Made by a program: the position numbers and the translations under genes | The notes under the pieces: generated by a model | Told to the model about the DNA's origin: nothing | The model's database searches: none | Seen by the model: the letters and a program-made list of their open reading frames with translations, nothing else | DNA from: Thermodesulfobacteriota bacterium | Lineage (GTDB): Bacteria; Desulfobacterota; Binatia; Bin18 | Direction of reading: 5' to 3' | Length of the DNA: 64,000 nucleotides | Assembly (NCBI GenBank): GCA_964291405.2 | Contig: OZ219926.1 | Span: 128,001-192,000, forward strand | In this document: in pieces, positions 47,108-57,129 of the stretch | How positions within the stretch are numbered: position 1 is the first letter of the stretch | Layout of the letters: each line of letters opens with the position of its first letter

Positions 47108-49485
47108 TCAGCACCGGCGTTCGTTTGAGCCCGGTCCAAGATGCTGAGTACGCGCTCCGGAGTCAGCGGCACCTCGTTGACCCGCACGCCAAACGGTGAC
47201 AGCGCGTCGGCCACGGCATTGGCAATCGCCGCGGGCGGGGCAATCGCCCCACCTTCACCCATGCCCTTGATGCCATTGAGCGTATACGGAGACGGCGTTT
47301 CAATATGTCCTATTTCTACCTGCGGCACATCTGCGGCAGTGGGAATCAAATAGTCCATAAATGTTCCGGTCAGGAATTGACCAGCGTCATCGTATAAAGC
47401 GTGCTCGTACAGCGCGGAACCGATTCCCTGGGCCACCCCACCCTGGATCTGGCCATTCACGATAGTGGGATTGATAATCGTGCCGCAGTCTTCAACCACG
47501 ATATATCGCAAGAGTTGGACCTGACCGGTTTCAGTATCGACTTCAACCGCAGCTATATGGGTCGCGTTGGAGTGCGTGATATACGGCGGCTCGTAGGCCA
47601 CGCTGGCGTCAAGCCCAGGTTCTTCGTCGGGCGGCAGACTCGCCGGTTGGACGATAATCCGATGCGCCAGCTCGGGGATGGAAAGCAGGCGTATCCCACC
47701 GGTTTTACGTTGGACAGCGCCCTGGGCCAATTCAAGATCGTCTGCGGGCACTTCGGTCAGGCGCGCCGCAATGCGCAGCAGCTTATCCCGTAGCTTTTGC
47801 GCCGCCGAGGTCACGGCGCCCCCGCCCGTCACCGCGCTCCGGCTCGCCCAGGTTCCCCACCCGCGCGGCGTAGCCTGTGTATCGCCTTGGACAACAGCGA
47901 CGTCTTCGAGCGCGACGCCTAGGGTATCCACTATCAGTTGGGCATAGACGGTGTGGTGGCCCTGGCCATGCGAGTGCGTCCCAACGAAGACCGTCACCTT
48001 ACCCGACTCATCAATGCGCAGTGTCGCCGCCTCATAACCACCGACCTTGACGCCAAAGTCACCAAACACGGACGAGTTGTGAGCCGTGCCTTCCACATAC
48101 GAGCCTATCCCCACCCCAAGATAACGGCCGTTCTCGCGGGCTTTTTGCTGCTCAGTCCGAAAATCGTCATAGCCGAGAATATCAAGGGCCTTTTGTAATG
48201 AGGCTTGGTGGCTGCCGCTCTCAATCTCCACACCCAGAAGCGTCGTATACGGATGCTCGTCCTGCGGGATCATATTCCGCAGCCGAATCTCTGCCGGATC
48301 AAGACCGAGCTTTTGGGCGCCCATATCCAGAAGACGCTCCATCGTCAAAGCTGCAACCGGAATACCCACGCCCCGGTACACCCCAATGGAGGCTTTGTTG
48401 GTGGCGGCCGTACAGGTTTCAAATCCAAAGGCCGGAATTTTATAGGGACCTGTTATGGTTCCGGCCGCATGTTTTGGCTCAAAGGACGAACCCCAGGGAT
48501 AGGACGAATAGCCACCCGCATCGCTCAGGAAGCGCGCCTTGAGGCCCAGTACGGTTCCGTCGCTCTTAAGAGCCAATTCCGCATTGACAATCTGATGCTT
48601 GGCCTGGAGGGAGGCCGACAAATGCTCACGCCGGTCTTCGATCCATTTAACCGGTTTGCGCAATGCTTTGGCTAAATACGTTACCACCACCTCTTCAGGA
48701 AAAGGATGCGCTTTGAGACCAAAGCCCCCGCCCACGTCTGGAGAAATGACCCGGATGCGATGCTCCGCCAGGTCCAGCAGCATGGCCAGACTGGCCCGCA
48801 GGGTATGCGGCACTTGCGTGGAGGACCAGACGGTGAGCGCCTCCGTTGCCACGTCAAACTGGGCCACACAACCCCGCGTTTCCATGGGTGAAGCCATGTG
48901 ACGGCCAGTCACAAAACGTTCGGACACCACACAGTCGGCGTCCTGAAACGCCTTACCCACCTCACCGACCTGGGCTTCGAACCGTTCCATGACATTGTCA
49001 CCCCACTCTTCGTGCACCAGGGGGGCATCCGCGAGCAGTGCGCTTTCCATATCGGCCACGGCGTCAAGCGGCTCGTAGTCGACTTCGACAAGATCGGCAG
49101 CGTCCTCAGCGGTGTAGCGGTCCGTCGCCACAACGGCCGCAACCATATCACCCACAAAACGGACCTTATCAGGCGTAAGGACGTGCCAGTTACACGATTT
49201 GTGAAAAGGGACTTTCTGCGTATCAAGCTCGACCCGGAGCGGCTTGATCGTTTCCAGAATGTCCTGTCCGGTTAGAACACATGCCACACCGGGCTTGGCC
49301 AGCGCAGCCTGAACATCGATATTCGCAATTTTGGCGTGGGCGTAAGGACTGCGTACAAAGGCGACCGCCAGCATGTCGGGTAATATCAGGTCATCAACAT
49401 ATTGGGTTTTTCCCAGTAAAACGCGCGGGTCTTCGACCCGGCGTACCTGCGCCCCCAGCATTTTCCCGGTTCCCTCACGACTCAT
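47104..49485 (-). CDS. Xanthine-oxidase-family Mo-hydroxylase large subunit (CoxL/CutL-like), copy 2
   Basis: RRVEDPR, VGGGFG.K, VYRGVG, HSHGQGH, GQIQGG, KGMGEGG. Confidence 0.93.
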   Translation of the reverse strand: MSREGTGKMLGAQVRRVEDPRVLLGKTQYVDDLILPDMLAVAFVRSPYAHAKIANIDVQAALAKPGVACVLTGQDILETIKPLRVELDTQKVPFHKSCNWHVLTPDKVRFVGDMVAAVVATDRYTAEDAADLVEVDYEPLDAVADMESALLADAPLVHEEWGDNVMERFEAQVGEVGKAFQDADCVVSERFVTGRHMASPMETRGCVAQFDVATEALTVWSSTQVPHTLRASLAMLLDLAEHRIRVISPDVGGGFGLKAHPFPEEVVVTYLAKALRKPVKWIEDRREHLSASLQAKHQIVNAELALKSDGTVLGLKARFLSDAGGYSSYPWGSSFEPKHAAGTITGPYKIPAFGFETCTAATNKASIGVYRGVGIPVAALTMERLLDMGAQKLGLDPAEIRLRNMIPQDEHPYTTLLGVEIESGSHQASLQKALDILGYDDFRTEQQKARENGRYLGVGIGSYVEGTAHNSSVFGDFGVKVGGYEAATLRIDESGKVTVFVGTHSHGQGHHTVYAQLIVDTLGVALEDVAVVQGDTQATPRGWGTWASRSAVTGGGAVTSAAQKLRDKLLRIAARLTEVPADDLELAQGAVQRKTGGIRLLSIPELAHRIIVQPASLPPDEEPGLDASVAYEPPYITHSNATHIAAVEVDTETGQVQLLRYIVVEDCGTIINPTIVNGQIQGGVAQGIGSALYEHALYDDAGQFLTGTFMDYLIPTAADVPQVEIGHIETPSPYTLNGIKGMGEGGAIAPPAAIANAVADALSPFGVRVNEVPLTPERVLSILDRAQTNAGAE

Positions 49486-49526
49486 GGATGGCCCTCCAGT
49501 CGAAGACATGCTGCTGTCGTTTGCTA

Positions 49527-51905
49527 TCAGGCTGCGGCTTGACGCTGTTCAATCCAGCCCAACACCCGTTCCGGAGTGAGGGGAATGGCATCCACCCGAA
49601 CCTCAAATGGCGCCAGCGCATCGGCAACCGCATTCGCGATCGCTGCCGGGGGAGCGATCGCCCCACCCTCTCCAACGCCTTTAATACCGTGGGGCGTGTG
49701 CGGAGACGGGCTTTCAATATGACCGATCTCCACCTGCGGCACATCAATGGCGGTTGGAATAAGATAATCCATCAACGTCCCCGTCAAGAACTGGCCGTTC
49801 TCATCGTAGAGAGCGTGTTCGTACAAGGCCGTGCCGATTCCCTGAGCCACGCCACCCTGAATCTGACCATCGACGACTGTGGGGTTGATAATCGTGCCGC
49901 AGTCTTCAACCACGATATAGCGCAACAGGGTCACCTGGCCGGTGTCGCTGTCCACTTCGACCAGGGCGATATGGGTCGCGTTAGCATGCGTGGACGGCGG
50001 GGGTTCGTAGTGGGCCGTAGCGTCCAACCCGGGCTCTTCATCCCGCGGGAGACTGCCAGCCTGCACCAGCACCCGATGGGCAAGCTCCTTGATAGGCATC
50101 AGCGGAGCGGTGTCCGCTCTGCGCCGGATCATCCCTTCGGCCAGCTCCAGATCGTCGTCCGGCACCTCGGTCATACGCGAGGCGATACGCAGCATCTTGT
50201 TACGCAGTTTTTCGGACGCTCTGGAGATCGCGCCCCCTCCGGTGACGGCGCTCCGACTGCCCCAGGTGCCCATGCCGTAGGGGACGGCGTTCGTATCGCC
50301 CTCGATGATTTTGACATCGGCGAGCGGAACGCCAAGCTCGTCAGCCGCGACCTGGGCCAGGGTTGTTTCGTGACTTTGACCGTGGGAGTGGGTCCCAACC
50401 AGCACGGTGACTTTACCCGCGACATCCATACGCACAGTTGCCGATTCATAGCCGCCCAGATTCAGTCCCATAGAGGCAAAGGCCGCCGAGCTCGGCGCCG
50501 TACCTTCCAGATAACAACCGATGCCGATACCCAGGTAACGGCCCTGGGCTCGAGCCCGCTGCTGTTCGGCTCTGCACTCCTGGTAGCCCAGGATGTCCAG
50601 TGCTTTCTGGAGGGATTCGCGATGGCTGCCACTCTCGACTTCCGCACCGATAATCGTGGTATACGGGTGCTCTTCTTTTCGGATCATATTTCGCAGCCGA
50701 ATCTCGGCCGGGTCGAGTCCCAGTTTGTGGGCGGCCAGGTCCATGAGCCGCTCCATGGTCAGCACTCCAATCGGCAGCCCTACCCCGCGGTACACTCCAA
50801 TAGTGGTCTTGTTGGTGGCAACCGATACGGCCTCGAAACTGAAGGCCGGGGTCTTATACGGCCCAGGCAGGCTGGAGGCGGCGTGGCCGGCTTCAAATGC
50901 AGACCCCCAGGGGTATTCGGAATACGCGCCCACATCGCCGACAAACCGGCCCCTGATGCCGAGGATGGTTCCGTCCTGCCGGACGGCAAGCTCGGCCTGG
51001 ACGGCTTGCTGTTTGGCGTGGAGCGAGGCGGATAGATTTTCACGGCGATCTTCAATCCATTTGACCGCTCGGCCAAGACGGTGTGCGAGGTAGGCGGACA
51101 CGGCCTCCTCGGGAAAGAGATGGCCCTTTTGCCCGAACCCACCGCCAACGTCCGGGGCGACCACGCGGATATGATGTTCAGGGAAATCCAACACCAGGGC
51201 GATATGTGAACGGAGCACATGCGGCACCTGCGTGGACGACCACACGGTCAGCGTGTCTGTCGCAGGCTCAAAAGACGCCACGCAGCCCCGCGTCTCCATG
51301 GGCAGGGCCATATGACGGCCGGTGGTGAGGCGCTCTGAAACAACACAATCAGCCTCCTGAAACGCTTTGGCCACGTCACCAATCTCAGCCTGGAGTGTTT
51401 GCATGACGTTATCACCCCACTCCTCATGCACGAGCGGAGCATCCGCTGCGAGTGCCTGTTCGATATCGGACACGGGCGCAAGCGGCTCGTACTCCACGTC
51501 GATCAAACCGGCGGCGTCTTCTGCCGTGTAACGGTCGACGGCTACCACAACCGCCACGGCCTCACCCACAAAACGCACTTTGTCTTGGGCCAGGACAGGC
51601 CAATCGCAGGGTTTATGCGTCGGTGCTTTGGCTGGCTCGTATTCGACTCGGAGCGGCTTAATGGCCTCGGCAATGTCGGCTCCGGTTACAACAAGCTGGA
51701 CACCGGGTTGATTCTGAGCCGTACCCACGTCAATAGACACAATCCGCGCGTGCGCATACGGACTGCGGACAAAGGCGAGCGCAAGCGAGTTGGGCAGGTC
51801 GAGATCGTCCACATACTGCGATTTGCCCAACAAGACGCGGGGGTCTTCGACCCGGCGTACCTGTGCGCCAACCATCTTGCCGGTTCCACCTTGGGAGGAT
51901 GCCAT
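49527..51905 (-). CDS. Xanthine-oxidase-family Mo-hydroxylase large subunit, copy 1
   Basis: Start MASSQGGTGKM; VGGGFGQK, VYRGVG, HSHGQSH, KGVGEGG. Confidence 0.93.
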   Translation of the reverse strand: MASSQGGTGKMVGAQVRRVEDPRVLLGKSQYVDDLDLPNSLALAFVRSPYAHARIVSIDVGTAQNQPGVQLVVTGADIAEAIKPLRVEYEPAKAPTHKPCDWPVLAQDKVRFVGEAVAVVVAVDRYTAEDAAGLIDVEYEPLAPVSDIEQALAADAPLVHEEWGDNVMQTLQAEIGDVAKAFQEADCVVSERLTTGRHMALPMETRGCVASFEPATDTLTVWSSTQVPHVLRSHIALVLDFPEHHIRVVAPDVGGGFGQKGHLFPEEAVSAYLAHRLGRAVKWIEDRRENLSASLHAKQQAVQAELAVRQDGTILGIRGRFVGDVGAYSEYPWGSAFEAGHAASSLPGPYKTPAFSFEAVSVATNKTTIGVYRGVGLPIGVLTMERLMDLAAHKLGLDPAEIRLRNMIRKEEHPYTTIIGAEVESGSHRESLQKALDILGYQECRAEQQRARAQGRYLGIGIGCYLEGTAPSSAAFASMGLNLGGYESATVRMDVAGKVTVLVGTHSHGQSHETTLAQVAADELGVPLADVKIIEGDTNAVPYGMGTWGSRSAVTGGGAISRASEKLRNKMLRIASRMTEVPDDDLELAEGMIRRRADTAPLMPIKELAHRVLVQAGSLPRDEEPGLDATAHYEPPPSTHANATHIALVEVDSDTGQVTLLRYIVVEDCGTIINPTVVDGQIQGGVAQGIGTALYEHALYDENGQFLTGTLMDYLIPTAIDVPQVEIGHIESPSPHTPHGIKGVGEGGAIAPPAAIANAVADALAPFEVRVDAIPLTPERVLGWIEQRQAAA

Positions 51906-51916
51906 ATGCCTGTGTC

Positions 51917-52408
51917 CTAGGATTGGGACTGTTCCGCAACGGCCTGAACAGCTTTGACGATATTCGCGTAGCCGGTACAGCGGCACAGATTGCCGGACAG
52001 TCCGTGCCGAATTTCTTCTTCGCTCGGCTGCGGGTTCTTGTCGAGGAGGTCTACCGCGCTCATGAGAAACCCGGATGTGCAGAAACCGCATTGGAGTGCA
52101 TGGTTATCCCAAAAGGATTGCTGTAACGGGTGCATCTCATCTCCGTCGGCGAGTCCCTCAAGCGTCTGGAGTTCCGCCCCATCGGCTTGAACGGCAAAGA
52201 GTAAACACGACCGTACGCTTTCGCCGTCCATAATAATGGTGCACGCACCGCACACACCATGTTCGCAGCCGAGATGGGTGGCGGTCAGGCCCAAGTCGTG
52301 ACGGATGAAGTCGGCCAGGAGCCGACGCACTGGCACTTCACGTTCGTACTCGTGGCCATTGACGCGAACGCGGATGGTCTGGCGTTCGGTGAATTGTGTT
52401 TCTGCCAT
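51917..52408 (-). CDS. Mo-hydroxylase small 2x[2Fe-2S] subunit (CoxS-like)
   Basis: GCEHGVCGAC, RSC, QCGFCT, NLCRCTGY. Confidence 0.95.
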   Translation of the reverse strand: MAETQFTERQTIRVRVNGHEYEREVPVRRLLADFIRHDLGLTATHLGCEHGVCGACTIIMDGESVRSCLLFAVQADGAELQTLEGLADGDEMHPLQQSFWDNHALQCGFCTSGFLMSAVDLLDKNPQPSEEEIRHGLSGNLCRCTGYANIVKAVQAVAEQSQS

Positions 52409-52422
52409 ATCTCTTCCCCCTG

Positions 52423-53289
52423 TTATGCGGCCTGAGCCCAGGCTTCTTTCAATGCGCGTTGTGTCAGCACCTTGACCATTCTGCGTCGATAGTCGGCAGA
52501 ACCGTGGACGTCTCCTGAGGGCTCGACCGCAGCAGCGGCTTTTTCCGCGGCGGCGTTCAGCACCGCAGCATCACCCTGACTACCGACGACGATAGGTTCC
52601 ACATCGGCAACGTGGAGTGGCGTGGAATGCGCTCCCCCAACAGCCAGTGAGGCCGCCGAGCACGTGCCGCTGTCGTCCAGCGTCAACTGACACGCAATGG
52701 CGACGATGGCAAAATCGCCCGGTCGACGGCACAGCTCCTGGAATCCCCAGACTGCACCCGCAGGAGCAATTGGGAAGCGGACCTCACACAGGATTTCAGT
52801 CGGCTCAATCGTGGTCATGAGTGGGGCGAGAAAAAATTCACGCGCCGCAACCGTCCGGGAGTTGTCCTGAGATCGCAGCACGAGCTGGGCGTCCAAGGCC
52901 GCGGCGACCAAGGGCCATTCTGCAGCAGGGTCGGCATGGACCAGGCTACCCCCAATGGTTCCTCGGTTCCGTATCGCCAAGTGGCCGACCTCGACGGCGG
53001 CCCGACACAGCAAGGGCTGGGCGGTCCTGGCCTCATCGGACACTTCGATCTGTCTATGTCGCGTCATGGCGCCAATGCACAGGGTGTCATTGTCCCGCCT
53101 GATATAGGCGAGATCATCCAGGCGGTTCAGATCGATAATCGACTCAACCGAGGCCATGCGCAGGTTGAGCATCGGAACGAAGCTCTGTCCGCCAGCCAGG
53201 ACTTTAGCCTCATCACCACCCGCCTGCAGTAAAGCCAGGACTTCGTCAACAGAGCCGGGACGCGCATATTTAAATGGTGCTGGTTTCAT
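52423..53289 (-). CDS. Mo-hydroxylase FAD medium subunit (CoxM-like)
   Basis: MKPAPFKY, LAGGQS, IRNRGTIGGS..HADPAAE, GSADYRR. Confidence 0.95.
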   Translation of the reverse strand: MKPAPFKYARPGSVDEVLALLQAGGDEAKVLAGGQSFVPMLNLRMASVESIIDLNRLDDLAYIRRDNDTLCIGAMTRHRQIEVSDEARTAQPLLCRAAVEVGHLAIRNRGTIGGSLVHADPAAEWPLVAAALDAQLVLRSQDNSRTVAAREFFLAPLMTTIEPTEILCEVRFPIAPAGAVWGFQELCRRPGDFAIVAIACQLTLDDSGTCSAASLAVGGAHSTPLHVADVEPIVVGSQGDAAVLNAAAEKAAAAVEPSGDVHGSADYRRRMVKVLTQRALKEAWAQAA

Positions 53290-53428
53290 ACCCTCCAGCT
53301 AGCAGGTTTCAGATTTCAGGGCAAACAAAAAGAGGGTGAGGCGAGTTTGAGTTGACATCTACAGCGCCCAACCGTAGGACGGGACACATGGCACACGCTG
53401 ACTGTCTGATGATCGTCGAGACTAAACC

Positions 53429-54493
53429 ATGACGCAGCTTGATGCACAGGCCATTCAAGATATCGCCCTGGGAGCAGCCGTTCTCGGAACCGGAGGCGGC
53501 GGCGATCCGACTTTGGGCCGGCTCATGGCGCAACAGGCCGTCGCCCAACACGGCCCGATTTCGCTGCTTTCGCTCGATGAACTCGCAGATGAGGAGTGGG
53601 CTATTCCCACCGCAATGATGGGTGCGCCCACGGTTTTAATTGAGAAGATTCCGAGCGGGAGCGAGGTGATCGAGGCGTTCCAGATGATCGAGCGTCACCT
53701 GCAATGTCAGGCAGCCGCCACCATGTCAATCGAGGCAGGTGGCGTCAACTCCATGATACCGCTCGTTGTTGCCGCGACCCTGCGTATTCCCGTGCTCGAC
53801 GCAGACGGAATGGGACGAGCGTTTCCTGAGCTTCAAATGGTTACTCCTACCTTGCACGGAGTAGCAGCGACACCGATGGTCGTAGCGGACGAAAAGGGCA
53901 ACCAGGTGTTGCTGCAAACGCCGGACAATCGTTGGACCGAACGTCTGGCCCGAACGGCGACCATAGCGATGGGCTGTTCCGCCTGCATTGCACTGTATGC
54001 CATGCAGGGCCGTGTTGCCAAACACGCCCTGATTCCGGGGACCCTTAGTCTTGCCGCCAGGATCGGTCAAACGCTCCGCACCAGCAAACAAACCAATCCT
54101 ATTCAAGCGTTGACCAACCTGCTGGCCGGCCGCCAACTGTGTCAGGGAAAAATCACGGACGTTCGGCGCCGGACCGAAGGCGGGTTTGCTCGGGGCGAGG
54201 TCGAAATCGCGGGGTCTGGTCCTGATGCCGGACAACCGTTTCGGCTGTCATTCCAAAATGAAAACCTCGTTTTCTGGCGCGGCGACCGGCCTGAGGTCAC
54301 GGTACCCGACCTGTTGAGCGTGGTTGACGAACAGACGGGGCTGCCGATTACCACCGAGGCCCTCAGATACGGCCTGCGCATCGCCGTGTTAGCCTTTCCG
54401 TGTCACGCCCAGTGGCGTACTCCTGAAGGGATTGCGCTGGTGGGTCCGCGGTATTTTGGCTACGACATAGACTATGTCCCCTTCCACAGCTGA
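53429..54493 (+). CDS. DUF917 family protein
   Basis: GAAVLGTGGGGDP, EAGGVNS, DADGMGRAFPELQM, FQNEN, VGPRYFGY. Confidence 0.9.
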   Translation: MTQLDAQAIQDIALGAAVLGTGGGGDPTLGRLMAQQAVAQHGPISLLSLDELADEEWAIPTAMMGAPTVLIEKIPSGSEVIEAFQMIERHLQCQAAATMSIEAGGVNSMIPLVVAATLRIPVLDADGMGRAFPELQMVTPTLHGVAATPMVVADEKGNQVLLQTPDNRWTERLARTATIAMGCSACIALYAMQGRVAKHALIPGTLSLAARIGQTLRTSKQTNPIQALTNLLAGRQLCQGKITDVRRRTEGGFARGEVEIAGSGPDAGQPFRLSFQNENLVFWRGDRPEVTVPDLLSVVDEQTGLPITTEALRYGLRIAVLAFPCHAQWRTPEGIALVGPRYFGYDIDYVPFHS

Positions 54494-56084
54494 ACCCACG
54501 GACCAGGCCGAGCAGGCCCGCCTCCGAGACCATTCGTTTCGGCTCGGCATCGATGTTGGCGGTACACACACCGACGCTGTGATTCTCGATGCCACAGACC
54601 GGGTTATTGCGAGCACCAAGGCACCGACTACTTCGGATATCACCACTGGGATTGTCCAGGCTCTGCAAGACGTCCTCACAACCTCTCAGCTCCCTCCAGA
54701 CACAATCTCCTGCGCCATGCTCGGCACCACGCATTGCACCAATGCCGTAGTGACTCGCCGGGAACTGAATTCGGTCGGGATTATGCGCCTTGGGGCGCCA
54801 GCAACCCGCGCGATTGAGCCGCTCCTGACCTGGCCGCACGACCTCAAGCAGGCCGTTGGCGTCCGGCATGCCATTCTTCGCGGCGGACATGAGTATAACG
54901 GTGAGCCCTTGTCCGAGCTGGATGAGCAGGAAGTGCGGCAGACTGCCCGCGCGTTCAAGGGCCACGTTCACGCTATTGCCGTCACCGGGGTGTTTGCCTC
55001 AGTCAATGCAGCCCATGAGCTGCGCGTCCGTGAGATCGTACGGGATGAACTGGGCGCGGATATTCCTGTTAGCCTGTCAAGTGAAATCGGCAGTGTCAGC
55101 CTGCTGGAGCGCGAGAATGCTACCGTCCTGAATGCGGCCTTGATGCGTGTGGCGCAGCGGGCAATGAAGGGTTTTGAGCGGGCCGTTCGCCAGCTCAATA
55201 TCCCGGCAACCCTTTTCTTGGGACAAAATGACGGGAGCCTGATGTCTCTGGACTATGCTGTACAGTATCCCATCTTCACCATTGCCTCAGGTCCGGCCAA
55301 TAGTATCCGTGGGGCTGCGGCGTTAAGCCAGCTTCGCGACGCCATTGTCGTTGACATTGGCGGGACCACAACTGATATCGGCGTGCTGCACAAAGGCTTT
55401 CCACGAGAATCGCAATTAGCCGTCGAGATGGGCGGCGTGGCCACCAATTTTCGTATGCCGGATCTAATTTCGATCGGTTTGGGTGGCGGAAGTCGAGTGC
55501 ACCCGGAAGAGGCGGTTTGCGTTGGACCAGACAGCGTTGGCTATCGCCTCCAAACGGAAGCCAGGGTGTTTGGCGGCCCTCAGCTTACCGCGACCGATCT
55601 AGCCGTCGCAGCCGGACGAATACGGCTCGGTAATCCCGGTCGAGTCCAAGCACTCCCCAAGACGACGCTCGATCAGGGTCTGAACTATATTCGGCACACC
55701 CTTGAAGATTACATTGATCGCGTAAAACTGTCGGCTGACCCGGTTCCGGTCGTTGCTGTTGGCGGTGGTAACATTTTGTTTCCTGACGCGCTTCAGGGCG
55801 TGTCTGACATCATTCGGCCAGAACAGGCTGGAGTTGCCAATGCTATTGGCGTGGCGATTGCGCAAGTCAGCGGGACGGTGGACAGCGTATTTTCTCTGGA
55901 AAAGCTGAGCCGGACCGAGGCCCTGGACCAAGCAACAGCCCTGGCCTATGAGCGTGCCATCGCAGCCGGGGCCGCACCAGATGAGGTCGAGGTACTCGAC
56001 CTCGAAGAAGTCCCCCTCGCCTATTTGCCGGGCAATGCGGTGCGGATCAAAGTCAAAGCGGTGGGGAGTCTGAGAACGGCATGA
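54474..56084 (+). CDS. Hydantoinase/oxoprolinase A-type protein (short form typical of DUF917 partners)
   Basis: GIDVGGTHTD, LLERENAT.LNA, SGPANS, DIGGTTTD, ANAIG. Confidence 0.9.
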   Translation: MSPSTAEPTDQAEQARLRDHSFRLGIDVGGTHTDAVILDATDRVIASTKAPTTSDITTGIVQALQDVLTTSQLPPDTISCAMLGTTHCTNAVVTRRELNSVGIMRLGAPATRAIEPLLTWPHDLKQAVGVRHAILRGGHEYNGEPLSELDEQEVRQTARAFKGHVHAIAVTGVFASVNAAHELRVREIVRDELGADIPVSLSSEIGSVSLLERENATVLNAALMRVAQRAMKGFERAVRQLNIPATLFLGQNDGSLMSLDYAVQYPIFTIASGPANSIRGAAALSQLRDAIVVDIGGTTTDIGVLHKGFPRESQLAVEMGGVATNFRMPDLISIGLGGGSRVHPEEAVCVGPDSVGYRLQTEARVFGGPQLTATDLAVAAGRIRLGNPGRVQALPKTTLDQGLNYIRHTLEDYIDRVKLSADPVPVVAVGGGNILFPDALQGVSDIIRPEQAGVANAIGVAIAQVSGTVDSVFSLEKLSRTEALDQATALAYERAIAAGAAPDEVEVLDLEEVPLAYLPGNAVRIKVKAVGSLRTA

Positions 56085-56102
56085 GGTTGAGGAAGAGTAA
56101 CG

Positions 56103-56720
56103 ATGAAAACATGTGCTGCTGTCCTGAAATCGTCCCTTCTCGCTATCTTCGTTGCTACCTTATGCATGCTTTTCCCGGCTTCTACCTATCCCTTTGGAGT
56201 TGGTACTGGAGTTGGAGGGCTGGGGACGGGGAAGCCGGGTGCAAGTGACGAGAACTCACGCTTCCCCATAAAGGTCAGACTGGAAGGATTCCTCCGGTAC
56301 ATGCCGGCAGTCAGCCAGCGACCTGAGCTCGATGTCGTTACCTTGGGGATTGCCCGCTATGGTGAGCGGTATCCGTTTGTCCTCGTCGCAATTGAAGCCG
56401 TGGACTTACCACGGCTCACTCCCCGCCGGTTACTCAAAATTGTGAAAAAATGGCAACTCAATTTCGATATCGTCGGCCCTGAGGGCTTGCTGTCTGAAGT
56501 AGCCCAGGCTCTCCCTGGAACTCCGTTAACCATTGAGGGCTTCTTAACTCCGCGCCAGCGAAAATTTCAGCTCTGGAGTGTCGAGGGGTTTGGGTTTGAT
56601 ATGCCTGGCAGCGAGACGCAAGCTGAGCTGCTACTTAAGAAGGAACCTGTGGCACCACCGGTTGAAGGCGGCACAGAAAGCGACCAGAACGACCAGGGCG
56701 ATCTTCTCCCGCTCGACTAG
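56103..56720 (+). CDS. Hypothetical exported protein
   Basis: GAGGA RBS, N-terminal hydrophobic signal, Gly-rich linker. Confidence 0.65.
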   Translation: MKTCAAVLKSSLLAIFVATLCMLFPASTYPFGVGTGVGGLGTGKPGASDENSRFPIKVRLEGFLRYMPAVSQRPELDVVTLGIARYGERYPFVLVAIEAVDLPRLTPRRLLKIVKKWQLNFDIVGPEGLLSEVAQALPGTPLTIEGFLTPRQRKFQLWSVEGFGFDMPGSETQAELLLKKEPVAPPVEGGTESDQNDQGDLLPLD

Positions 56721-56892
56721 GAAAACCAGTCGGTAGAAGTCCGGGCTATCTGCACGACGCCCAACATTTCCCAGACCACCCACTATCGTCCCGTGGCGAT
56801 ACAAGCCGTATATTTATACTTTTAACGAGAAACAGCCGGCTATACACCCCGTCAGAAATGTCCATTTTAGACAAATGGATAGCACGAAATCC

Positions 56893-56935
56893 TCGGAACT
56901 AAAGTTTTTGACTATAGTCAATATATTTCCTTTTA
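56893..56935. promoter_or_regulatory. Motif B copy 3
   Basis: TTGACTATAGTCAA at 56908-56921, ~210 nt upstream of hydantoinase A. Confidence 0.6.
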
Positions 56936-57129
56936 AATACTCTACCGACAGACTCTCTCACCCCTCCCTGTTCACTCATCTCTCCCAATATAAGGATTCT
57001 CCAGCACAATCCGCCTCAGACCGCTTCTCAAAAGCTTTCCTCAGCACCTGATTCATCGTATAGCTAAGGCAAGCGGGAACCCTCAATAACATAAGACTCC
57101 ACGCTTAGAACAAGCAGACAAGGATTGTT

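Noticed and set aside
49281-51035. 584-aa plus-strand ORF
   Set aside because: Antisense shadow of the Mo-hydroxylase gene, common in GC-rich coding DNA; no motifs
51906-52091. N-terminal extension of the 854-aa ORF
   Set aside because: Overlaps coxS in another frame; alignment with the paralogue puts the start at 51905
47104-53289. Aerobic CO dehydrogenase
   Set aside because: Active-site loop is VYRGVG, not AYxCSFR
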